DNA of 64,000 nt, from NCBI GenBank assembly GCA_963575745.1, contig CAUYUJ010000288.1, positions 1 through 64,000 on the forward strand. The letters are read 5' to 3'. The DNA comes from Prorocentrum cordatum (lineage: Eukaryota). Shown here one piece after another: positions 10,990-20,925 of this stretch. The position numbers were made by a program, and so were the translations under genes. Position 1 is the first letter of the stretch; every line of letters begins with the position of its first letter. The notes under the pieces are model-generated. The model saw only the letters and a list, made by a program, of their open reading frames with translations, was not told where the DNA came from and ran no database searches.

Positions 10990-11694
10990 TCAAACCTCCG
11001 AACAGCTCCTGGTGCTGCTCGTCGGCAAACATACGAGCAGCAAGTTTTTTTTCCGCAACGAGGCACGATTCTGACTAGACTTGGACCCAGCCTGTGGCAA
11101 CTTCTTGGGCCTCGGGGCCTGCGGAAGCTTGGGGGCCATGCGAAGCTCACGACAAAGCAACTGCTGACTGGAACTGCGAAGTACGTCGAACCGAGCTTCG
11201 ACGCGAGAAATGAAGGGAACGCTGGCTCTGCTTGCAAGCACGTGGTCGATGTGAGTCCCTGCTCCTATTGAACGTATGTGCTGCAACGGCCATTTGTAAA
11301 TCATGCCGTCGACTCGGTCAACAAAACCTACCCGCTGGAGAGTCTTTGGAGGAACGTTCCAACCCCCAACAACAATCCACGGGAGACGGCGCTGCTGGAG
11401 CAGAGCGCCGAGACGAGCTAGCCGTGGGAGATTGCGCCCGCGGTGCCCTTCGCCAGAGTTAGGGTAAAACGTGACACGGACGTAAGAGTATCCTTCAACC
11501 TCCTGCAGTGGACCAGTCCAGAGAAGAAGTACCATCTGCTGTAAGGTCCTTCCAGGCCCCGTCGGGGTGCGCAAGGGAGTGAACTTGCAAGTGCTTCTTG
11601 CTGAGAATGCATTATCCGCCCTCGTTGGCACGAGCCTGACCTGCTGAGGTCGACCCAGTGCCCGTGCTACGAGCAGGGTTGCAAAATTCTGCAA
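10990..11694 (-). pseudogene. LINE-C APE-type endonuclease remnant
   Basis: VTFYPNSG, LPWIVVGGWNVPP (GDWN-like), THIDHVLAS. Confidence 0.8.
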
Positions 11695-11925
11695 CTTGGC
11701 CTTCGCGGCCTCTTACTTCCAATGAGCAGTGCTGTCATTGGATTCGACGTGAGTCTCGCACAAGGAATGACACTGTAACTAGAAGCCCTGCCGCTAGTGA
11801 GAAAACCCCAGTCCTTTTTGCTGAGCAACGTGATGCTGGCAACAAAACATCGGTGTCTCACTGGACGACGACGTGGGCTCCCACCCCGCGGGAGCCGGCC
11901 TCAGTGCAGTCACCGACCCAAGCTC

Positions 11926-12134
11926 TGGACGCCCGAAATGGGTACTGAAAGAATGGGTACTATGCCCAACAGCAGTTCCTGTTCATTCTGAACAGGACTC
12001 GCTGTCCGCGCCGCCGCGGCCTGTGTCCATTCGAGACAGGAGGCCGCCCGCCCAACAGCGGCCGCTGTTGGTTTGGGACAACATTTGTTGTTGGGCATAG
12101 TGCCCATTCTTTCGGTACCCATTTCGGGTGTCCA
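11926..12134. repeat. 49-bp inverted repeat pair (foldback/MITE-like) inside LINE-C
   Basis: 11926-11974 versus the reverse complement of 12086-12134 match at 45/49. An internal perfect palindrome CCAACAGCGGCCGCTGTTGG lies at 12052-12071. Confidence 0.9.
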
Positions 12135-12529
12135 AACAAGCGATTGGCGGCTCGAGTGGCTCCCGTGCGGGTATCGCTCGTCGTTGCTGCTGGCCGCCGC
12201 CGCTGCTGCCCGAGCTGCTGCCAGCTTGGCTGCGCTGAGCCGCCGCGCCCCGGCCGCTGTCCCGGCCTCGCCGCTGGGCGCCTGGCCGGCCGCGGGCCCC
12301 GCTGCGGCTGCGCCGCCGGCGCTGCCCGCCGTGGGCTGCGCAGCCTCGCCGCGCGGGTCATTCCCAGAGATCCAACGTCCTGAAAATTTTTGCAATTTTT
12401 GGCCTCGATCTAGGGGCCGTCGCCGGGCCCCGGGACCGTGAAGAAACGGCTCAGGATGAACAGCCGGTCCCGTGGAGTGGATCGAGGCTTCTGGGGGCCG
12501 CGCATGGAAAAAATCACGGCGTCGGATCT

Positions 12530-13463
12530 CTGGGTTGCCGCTGCAGCCTCCGTCGGCTGCGCTCCCACTGGCGCCTGCCGCGGAGCTGCCATCGTTGCCC
12601 TTGCGCTTCTTGGCCGTGCGCTTCATGATGGTGTCCTGCACGGCCCGATGCTTGGCGGGCCACTCCTGGACCTCAGACGACTTGTTGCCCACCAGATCGC
12701 GCACAGACCTGAGGTCGGCCTCGATCCGCTTGAGGCCGGCCTTCTCCGCGTCGCTGACCTCCATCGTGTCCAAACCCTTGGAGAATTCCTCGTCCCAGGA
12801 GGCTGAGAACAACGCCTGCCCTTTGCTGTCGGAGCTGGCCGAAGAAAGTTCACGATTGGGTACGACTCCATTGAGCCCGGCCAGCGCCCGAACTGCGAGA
12901 TGCTGGGACTTCTCGGCCTTCGCGAAGGGGGAGCGCCGCTGCTGCCTCACGCTCTGTGGCCTTCTCAACGACTTCGCGCGCACGAAGGGGAGCTTGAACT
13001 GCTTGATCGTGTTTGGTGGCCGCATCACGCACAGCCGCTGTAGCTCGACGCACCGACTCCTCGGGTGTGATGGCCTTCTCGGAGGCGCTGCCGTCGTGGG
13101 TCTCGAGCTTCTGCACGTGAGCTGTGAGGATGGCCTTCATCGCTGGATCGGCGGTGATTGACAGAGCCTGCTCGTGCACCGCCGTCGGAGATGATGTGGT
13201 TGCTGCTGGACTCGGTGCCCTTGGAACGCGGGCGAGGTAGTGGCCGTCCTGGCCCCTTTGCTGAACTGCGGGGCTGCCTTGGATCGGTACAGCGTGACCT
13301 CTGCATAGCACTTCGGGCACCGACGCCGTTGCTGCAATAATACTCTGTTCCGCTCTTGACGCCCGCACTTCTGACATGCTGACCATCCATCGGGAGACGG
13401 TTCCGAACTGTCGGGAGAGGCGCCATGAGACTGTGACTTGAACCCTGGCTTCTTCTTGGCCAT
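12530..13463 (-). pseudogene. LINE-C ORF1 remnant with N-terminal CxxC-x15-CxxC finger and helical/coiled-coil-like region
   Basis: ATG at 13463 gives MAKKKPG...WSACQKC..RRRCPKC. It continues through frameshifts in ORFs 12850..13386 and 11910..13028 (LKRIEADLRSVRDLV..KRTAKKRK). Confidence 0.65.
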
Positions 13464-13575
13464 GGCTGGAGAGAAAGGAGATGTGGAACTGCCCTCCTTA
13501 GTCAGCCTGTTGGAGCGGTGCCAGAACACTGCCCCTCCTGGTGCCCCTCAGGCGCCACGGGGAGGCGAGGGCGGG

Positions 13576-13611
13576 CTCAGGACAAAATGTCCGGAGCCGA
13601 AATGGCTTGAG
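13576..13611 (-). other. Tandem relict dinoflagellate spliced-leader sequences at the LINE-C 5' end
   Basis: The minus strand reads CTCAAG-CCATTTCGGCTCCGG-ACATTTTGTCCTGAG. That is the SL 3' hexamer followed by 12/15 and 10/15 matches to the relic CCATTTTGGCTCAAG. Confidence 0.75.
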
Positions 13612-13765
13612 GGAGGAGGAGGAGGAGGAGGAGGAGGAGGAGGAGGAGGAGGAGGAGGAGAGGAGGCGGAGGAGGAGGGAGGAGGAGGAGGAGAGGAGGC
13701 GGAGGAGGAGGAGGCGGAGGAGGAGGAGGCGGAGGAGGAGGAGGCGGAGGAGGCGGAGGAGGAGC
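13612..13765. repeat. (GGA)n microsatellite flanking the LINE-C 5' end
   Basis: Direct reading. Confidence 0.95.
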
Positions 13766-13904
13766 GTGGACGTGTACGCCCCCATGCCCCGAATCATCAT
13801 TGGGTGGTGCACGGTCGGGGACTTCTGCACGGCGTGCCTCGCCGCGGGCTCCGAGGCCTGCCGCGCCGCGACGCGGCACGCCCCCCGCGCCGCGCTTTGC
13901 CGCG

Positions 13905-14787
13905 GCGCCTCGCCGACCGGTCTCTGCCGAGCCTCCCGGCCCGTCCAGCGGAGCGACGCGCGAGCCGCTTGCGAGGGCACGGGGTATCGTCAAACGACGC
14001 GAAGATCGGGACAAAATCGGATCGGGATAACTCGAAATCTCTGAGAATCGGCGGGTTGGGAGGATGTATTGGGCGCCGCGGCCGCTCCAGAGCGTTCCTG
14101 AACGCCCTGAGAGCGCTCCGGAACGCTCTGGAGCGATTTGTCCCGATCCTAGCCCTGTTTTAAGGGCACGGGGTGTCGCCGGGGCGGCTCGCCGACCGGT
14201 CTCTGCCGAGCCTCCCGCGGCCCGCCCAGCGGAGCGACGCGCGAGCCGCTTGCCAGTGCACGGGGTGTCGTCAAACGACGCGAAGATCGGGACAAAATCG
14301 GATCGGGATAACTCGAAATCTCTGAGAATCGGCGGGTTGGGAGGATGTATTGGGCGCCGCGGCCGCTCCAGAGCGTTCCGGAACGCCCTGAGAGCGCTCC
14401 GGAACGCTCTGGAGCGATTGATCCCGATCCTAGCCCTGTTTTAAGGGCACGGGCAGCGGAGCGACGCGCGAGCCGCTTGCCAGGGCACGGGGTGTCGTCA
14501 AACGATGCGAAGATCGGGACAAAATCGGATCGGGATAACTCGAAATCTCTGAGAATCGGCGGGTTGGGAGGATGTATTGGGCGCCGCGGCCGCTCCAGAG
14601 CGTTCCGGAACGCTCTGAGAGCGCTCCGGAACGCTCTGGAGCGATTTGTCCCGATCCTAGCCCTGTTTTAAGGGCACGGGGTGTCGCCGGGGCGGCTCGC
14701 CGACCTGTCTCTGCCGAGCCTCCCGCGGCCCGCCCAGCGGAGCGACGCGCGAGCCGCTTGCCAGGGCACGGGGTGTCGTCAAACGAC
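13905..14787. repeat. Tandem repeat, about 281-bp unit (one unit about 227 bp), about 3.3 copies
   Basis: GCACGGGGT[A/G]TCGTCAAACGA recurs at about 13977, 14258, 14485 and 14766. The units are near-identical and the last is cut by LINE-D. Confidence 0.95.
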
Positions 14788-17700
14788 ATCTCTCGGGCTA
14801 GGAAGGACTGGGCCGCCTGGCTTTCGGAGGGTATCAACCAGGGTGCCAGAAGAGCCCACCAAGTTTCTAGGGATCCCGCGGCTTGGAGGCCGACGAGTAC
14901 GCTGAGTAGGTTCCGTTCCTTGGTCGCGGATCCTACGGAGCTGCTGAACGCTGAAAGGACTAAGTTTGGGAAACTTTGGCATGCCAGCTCCCAGGCCCCC
15001 AAGATTAGGGTTCGCACCCAGGATCCGCTTCCTGCCATCCCAGTCGAGACGAGCAGAGAGATCTCTCGGGGTTTCTCACGTAGGTCTGCTGTCGGTCTGG
15101 ACGGCTTCCACATGAGGCACTACCAGTTCCTGGGCGATGATGCCCTTCGGTGTTTTTCGGAGCTCTGGACCTTGGTGGAGCTGCCTGGGGGGGTGCTTCC
15201 TAGTCAACTTCGGGCCCTCATCGTGGCCTTGATTCCGAAGACGGTTCCTGGATTTCGCCCCATCGGGGTTTTCTCCAGCCCCTACCGCTTGTGGGGGAGG
15301 GCTCGCCGCCCGATTGCTGTGTCCTGGGAGGCCCAAAACGATCGGCCCTACTGGGCTGCTGGGAAGCATCGCTCTGCGACAGACGTGGTCTGGAGGCAAG
15401 CCATGCGAGCTGAGACCAGCACGGCAAGAGGCCGTCACGCAGGCGCAGTTTTTTGGGATATGCTGAAGTACTACGAGCAGATTCCCTTAACGCTGCTCGA
15501 GCAGCGTAGCCTCAGGCTTAAGTTTGATCATGTTGTGTTATCGGTGTGCTTGTCGGCGTACCGATCGGCTAGATTCATGGTCTTGTGCGGGGTGGTTTCC
15601 CCTTTCCCAGTACGTTTCCTTCGGTGTTGTCGCGGGTTGCTCGATGGCGACTACCCTGATCAAAGCTCACGGGATGGAGGCTTTTGATTCCGTTCCGATC
15701 GCCCCTGACACTACGCTGGACATTTACATCGATGACACGGTTTTGAATTCGGTTGGATCGGCCGACACCGTGGTCGAGAGTTTAAAGGAGTCTTCGGCCG
15801 CCCTCGAGGTGGCGATCACTCGCATGATGAGGGCCCAAATTTCCATGGACAAGGTGGCTTGTGTCGCCTCTTCCAAGGTCATGTCCCTTCGGCTGGAAGA
15901 GGCGTTCGGGCCTCTGGTGGGCCCCCCCCTCGAAACCACGGTGAACCTGGGGATTGATTTTACGGCAGGGACCTCGAGGCGTGTTCGTGGCCGCAATGCT
16001 AGGGCGAAGGCCCGCTTGTCGAACGCAGCCAGGCGTACCAGGAGGCTGCTGAAGCTTAGGGGCGTTCTTGGACGTAGGACAGCTAAGGTGTTCGTTTCGG
16101 GCCTCCTGGCGGGCCTGCAGTACGGCTCGGAGGTGCACGGCATGACTGACGGAGAGTTGGCGTCAGTACGTAAAATGTTTGCTTCTACGTTGAAGCCGTC
16201 GGCTGGAGGTCGCAGCTTGACGATTTTGACTCGGTTGGAATCGGACCCTGTCTGGTACGGCTCGGTGGCGCCTATTGTTAGATATGTGCGTGAGTTGTGG
16301 CTTCTGCAGACGCATGCGTCCCCATGGGGGCTTTCGTGGGCTGGGTTGCGGTCGTCTTGGGAAGCTACCTGGAGTGCCCCCCCAAAGACGTGTACATCGG
16401 TTAAGGGACCGATGGGAGCTATGTATCTTTCTTTGGCCAGACTGGGTTGGACGATGCCCGACTCCTACACATGTACGGGCGATACTGGAAGAAATATTCC
16501 TCTCCTGGTCTCCTCCCCCGCCCTTTTAAAGAGGTGTTTAACAGATTATGTCCTTCGTGGCTTGGAGTTTGCTGCTGGAGAGAAATACGGCGACGGTGAT
16601 CGGTTGTGCTTTGACTTGGTTTCCAGGGCCTTGGTTTCCAAGAGATTCTCCCCCAGGCAGAAGGGCGCCATTAGAGCGCTCACTTGCCAGGCTTTGTGGC
16701 CTATGTCTCGGGCTGCGGAGAAGGGCTACATCGTGCCCGATGTGTCCCCTGTGCTCTAGGAGTGGAGACGCGGTGCTCCACAGACTGTGGTTTTGCGAGG
16801 CCTGTGAAGACAAACGGCAAGAAGTTGTCGATCCCGAGCTTTTGGATCGCATCCGTGGTGACCTGGGAGCGAACTCGACCCCTTCCTTTCGTTCCCTGTG
16901 CGAGTCGGGATTGTTCCCTCACCCAGCTAAGGACTTGCCTGGCCCTCTTAGTCACGAAGCCGCCCTTGAGGCAATTAGATACGAGTTCTTTCCTAGGGCC
17001 TTCGCCGAGGAAGGACTACCGCCGCCACCCCAGGGGATGAGGGAGATCTCGGGTAAGATTTTCTTGGATGGCTCGTGCTTTAAGTCGAAGGTCAAGGACC
17101 TGTCTAGGAATGGCTGGGGTGCTGTGATGATCGGTCCTTCGGGAAAATTGCTCGCTAGGATCTTTGGGTCTGTGAGCAATTTCTTCTCTCAGGCGAGCGT
17201 GGCCGCCGAGTTTATCGCCCCTGCCACGATCGCCAACCTCCTTGGCGGTCCCAGTTGGCTTTTCTCCGATTGTCAGATTGTTGTTAATGAGTCTAACAAG
17301 ACTCAGGCCGGGCGCCTCCACCCGAACAGGCCCTACGCTGGCCTTGTCTTGCAAGCGTTTGCTTTCGGTGGGGGTCACTTGGAAGAGCTGGCCAAGGTGA
17401 AAGCCCATCAAGAAGACGATCCGTCCCTTCCGCTGGATGATCGCATTTTTAATGTGGGGGAACACAGAGGCCGACAGGGCCGCTAAGATGGGGGCGTTGC
17501 TCCACCCCCGACTTTCGGAGTCCGAGGAGAGGCGTGTTGCTTATCTCGCGGACGTTGCGCAGGCCACTCTTCGGCTTGCGGCGAATCTTCTTGAGCTCTG
17601 GCCCCGTTCGAATCTTGAAGGAAGGGGTTGCTCGTGTTGTGGCCCCTCCCCCCTCGGCGAGAGCGGCGGGATCGCAGCATAGTTGGAACTGGGTTGGGCG

Positions 17701-18064
17701 ATTTTGGCAGTGATTCCATTGTTTAAGGTGCAAGCGCTCCGCATCGAAGCCGCCCCCAGGCCACTGTTCTTTGATTTTGAAAGTTAACCCCGCCAAGTTG
17801 CGGGCGCTCGAGCACAGGTGTTTAGTGGTTGATTTCAGCGACGGCAGTTTCGCCGCCGTTTGCCAGATTTGCCACGCATACACGACTGGTGGTCAAGTGC
17901 GGTTTCTCGCCAAGCCCTGCGTGGGTAAGCCGCCAGCTCGAAGCGTTGTTTTCAAGAGGTTCGGCAAATGACTCCACCCTGATTATAAAAAGGGTCGGGG
18001 TCACTGCCGATCTTGAGGATGTGGCCCCCCTCTAAGGGGCTCTTTGGCCGTGGATGTCAAAAAA
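14788..18064 (+). mobile_element. 5'-truncated, frameshifted non-LTR retrotransposon LINE-D (RT - Zn knuckle - RNase H - C-terminal Cys/His motif)
   Basis: AVGLDGF, GFRPIGVF, WDMLKYYEQI, GVVAGCSMAT, IYIDDT, CPLC..H...C, IFLDGSC, VAAEF, FSDCQ, KVKAH, GNTEADRAAK and HRCL..CQIC..LAKPC, spread over ORFs 14572..15687, 15524..16759, 16548..17486, 17437..17682 and 17771..17971. The 3' end is tentative (A6 at 18059-18064). Confidence 0.92.
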
Positions 18065-18860
18065 TGATGCGCAATGGGAAGTCATGCGAGTGAATGCCCA
18101 ACAAAACAGCGCAATGCCAAGCAATGCCGCAGACTGCGAAACCATGCCAATGTAAGAATGCTATTGTCACATAGTCAGCCAGCGGCAACGTTCCGCCGAG
18201 CATGAAGCCAAGAAGCTGCAGCGGAGCGCAACGGGACGCGCTGAAGTACGACATTCTTGGGATATGCACCGAGTCGCGGGTTCGCGACGGATTTCCGGGG
18301 AATTCCGTTGCGAACTTGGGACTCGTGTCACTTTGAAGTATTATTAGGACAACGCCTTCTGGAAGACGCACAGCCGTACAAAATGATGGCGTTTGGGGGC
18401 CATCGCGTGGCTATCACATGGGCTCGCTACGCGGCCCAGGAGGGCCTCAGGACGGCCCCAAGTGAGGCCCAAGAGGGGGGCACACGAACCCACAATTCGA
18501 GCCTTCCGCCCCAAGATCCTGGAGCCATCCTGGAGCCATCCTGGAGCCCTCCCATGGCCCTCTGGGCGGTCCTAAGCTGTCTTGGGGGCCTCCCATGGCC
18601 CTCTTTGGCGTCCCTTGGCCGCTTTTTGATGGCCTCTAGGGCTCTCTTTGGGTCGTCTTGGGGCTCACTTGGGCTGCCTCGGGGCCCTCTTGGGTCGTCT
18701 TGGAGACCGAAGGCCCCTTGGGCCGTCTCGGGACAATTTCGGGAGGCTCTTAGGCCGTCGTGGACGCTGCGAGGTAGAAATTGCAAATCTGCAGAGCATG
18801 TACGTCTTCCCGAAAGAAAAGAAGGGGTTATGCCTCTGGGGGGTCCTCCTGAGGGCCCCT

Positions 18861-18926
18861 TGGGGCGTCTCGGATGCCACCTGGCACCTAGATTCTTAGG
18901 ACCTAGATGGCATCCGAGACGCCCCA
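18861..18926. repeat. Perfect 19-bp inverted repeat with a 28-nt spacer
   Basis: TGGGGCGTCTCGGATGCCA (18861-18879) and TGGCATCCGAGACGCCCCA (18908-18926). Confidence 0.95.
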
Positions 18927-19067
18927 CGGGGGAAATCGCGAATTATCCTCCAGCAGGGCAGGGATCGCGGCTTTTCCTAAGTAGTTCCCCAATCGTAGCT
19001 TGCTTCTGTAGGGGTCCTAACGGATTCATATGGTTAGGTGAGGTTCGTCGCCGATTTCGGTGTCCAG

Positions 19068-19580
19068 CCCGGGTGCCCGGGTGTTTGGGTGCCCGGGTGC
19101 CCAGGGGTGCCCGGGTGCCCGGAGGTGCCCGGGAATGCCCAGGAGCCCGGGTGCCCGGTAGCCCGGTAGCCTTATAGCCCTATGGCCTTATAGCCTATAG
19201 GCCTATAGGCCTATAGCCCTATAGCCCTATAGCCCTAATAGCCCTATAGCCCTGTAGCCTCATAGCCCTATAGTCCAATGGCCCTATGGCCCTATAGCCT
19301 TGTAGCCTGATAGACTAATCGTCATGTGGCCCTTTTCAGTCCTGTAGCCCTATAGCCCTAATACCCCTATGGCCCTATAGCCCTATAGCACTATAGCCCT
19401 ACCTATAGCCCTGTGGCCCTATAGCCCTATAGTTCTATAGTTTTCTAGCCTTCTAGCCCTATAGCCCTATTGCCCTATAGCCCTATGGCCCTGGCCCTAT
19501 AGCCCTATAGCACTATAGCCCTATAGCCCTAATAGCCCCATAGCCCTATAGCCCTATAGCCTCATAGCCCTAGAGCCCTA
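19068..19580. repeat. Compound short tandem repeat: about 9-bp GTGCCCGG(G) units grading into 8-bp TAGCCCTA units
   Basis: Direct reading; the transition is at about 19155-19180. Confidence 0.92.
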
Positions 19581-20855
19581 AAAAGATTATGACTTTTTTA
19601 TGCGGTATTAGTTTGGAGCATTCCCCAAGTTGTTTAAATTTGTATTGTAATCGTCGAACAAGTATGCTCTCCAAATAGGCTTGCCTTATCGGAGTTCTAA
19701 CTCAAACCCTACTAATTGGTCCGTTGCCCCCCTAATGCCGATGGCTATGCCTATGCCTATGCCTATGCCTCCCCCTCACTCCTATGCCTACGCCTAGCTT
19801 GCTTGCTCTTGCGTGCTTGCTCTCGCTTGCTTGCTCTTGCTTGCCATTGCTTGCTTACACTTGATCGTGGGCTCTTGCTTGCTTGTTATTGCTCGTTTGC
19901 GCTTGCTTGCTTCCGCTTACTTGATTTTGCTCCTCCCGTCCTCCTCCCGTCCTGCTCCCGTCCTTCTTTCGTCCTCCTCCTGTCCTCCTTTCGTCCTCCT
20001 CCTGTCCTCCTATCTATTTGGAGTCAACGCTGGCTGATACCTCAGGACTATTTAAAATAACTCTGTAAAAGATGGTCTGTGGACGGACGTGCCCGAAATA
20101 GATCTAGGTCCAGGCCACTATTGGAGCGCTCTTGTGCTGTCCTGGGGCTCTCTCGGTCCGCCGGCAGGGCCTGGCAGGGCGCCCTCGGAGGCCCGGAACG
20201 GCCAGTGGACCTTCTCCGAGATTGTCCAGAAGTGCCCAAAACCATAATTATCGTTTGGCTTACAACAGCTCCCATTCGACATAGCCGCCCAGCCAGCCAA
20301 CATCAAGTAGCTTCGTGAGACGCTTGTTTCTTCATACGCCTCTTCTGTGGGTCCGTGGGGGCCGATAGCTATAAGAATATTGATAACGCCTGAGAAGCTG
20401 GCTGGTGCCAGCGAGGACACGACGCGTTCATATCTGTGATTGTGGGTGTACACTCTCTGAAGAGGGGTATGCTCTTGAGAACGCGTCGAGCGCGTCCGCC
20501 TCATCATGCTCAATAGCTGGCTTGGTTTAGATTGCAAGCGAGCCCTCGCTTGCCGTCCGCATTAGTTGTGCCAGCACCTCATTGTGCTGAAGTTAGGGGC
20601 GGACCAGGGTCGCGGCTGAACAGGAGAGGAAGGATGCAGAAGGGAGGAAGGAATAATCTTGGGAGGGAAAAGCAGAGGGAAGGCTGCAGGAGGAAAGGAT
20701 TGATATGCAGAGGTTCAGGGAGGGGTAGATGAGTAATGAGGGAGATTTGGAGAGGAAGAGCAGGATGATGATGAGGAGGCCCAGCGTAATATCTGTTATT
20801 TGTGCATTGGTGACTTGACATGACTTGTTTTCAGACGCGCCGCACACTCCGACAC

Positions 20856-20877
20856 TCCGTAGCCATTTTGGCCCAAG
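20856..20877 (+). other. Genomic copy of the 22-nt dinoflagellate spliced leader (relict SL)
   Basis: TCCGTAGCCATTTTGGCCCAAG versus DCCGTAGCCATTTTGGCTCAAG is a 21/22 match, ending 48 nt upstream of the ATG at 20926. Confidence 0.93.
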
Positions 20878-20925
20878 GTTTGGGGCCCGACCATCTTCAG
20901 AATTCAAAGTCACATCCTCGGCGGC

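Larger units (their letters stand above)
7523..13611 (-). mobile_element. Main body of degenerate, 5'-complete non-LTR retrotransposon LINE-C (ORF1 - APE - RT - N-half of RNase H)
   Basis: Fragmented minus-strand ORFs lie in canonical order: ORF1 at 13463 to about 12530, endonuclease at 11694-10990, RT at about 9700-8550, Zn knuckle/RNase H at 8119-7523. Many stops and frameshifts. Confidence 0.88.

Noticed and set aside
19170..19580. Interstitial telomere
   Set aside because: The unit is an 8-mer (TATAGGGC), not TTTAGGG, and grades out of a neighbouring non-telomeric repeat.
20878..20910. Additional SL relics between the SL and the GT8 ATG
   Set aside because: GTTTGGGGCCCGAC and CCATCTTCAGAATTCAAAG are too divergent to call.
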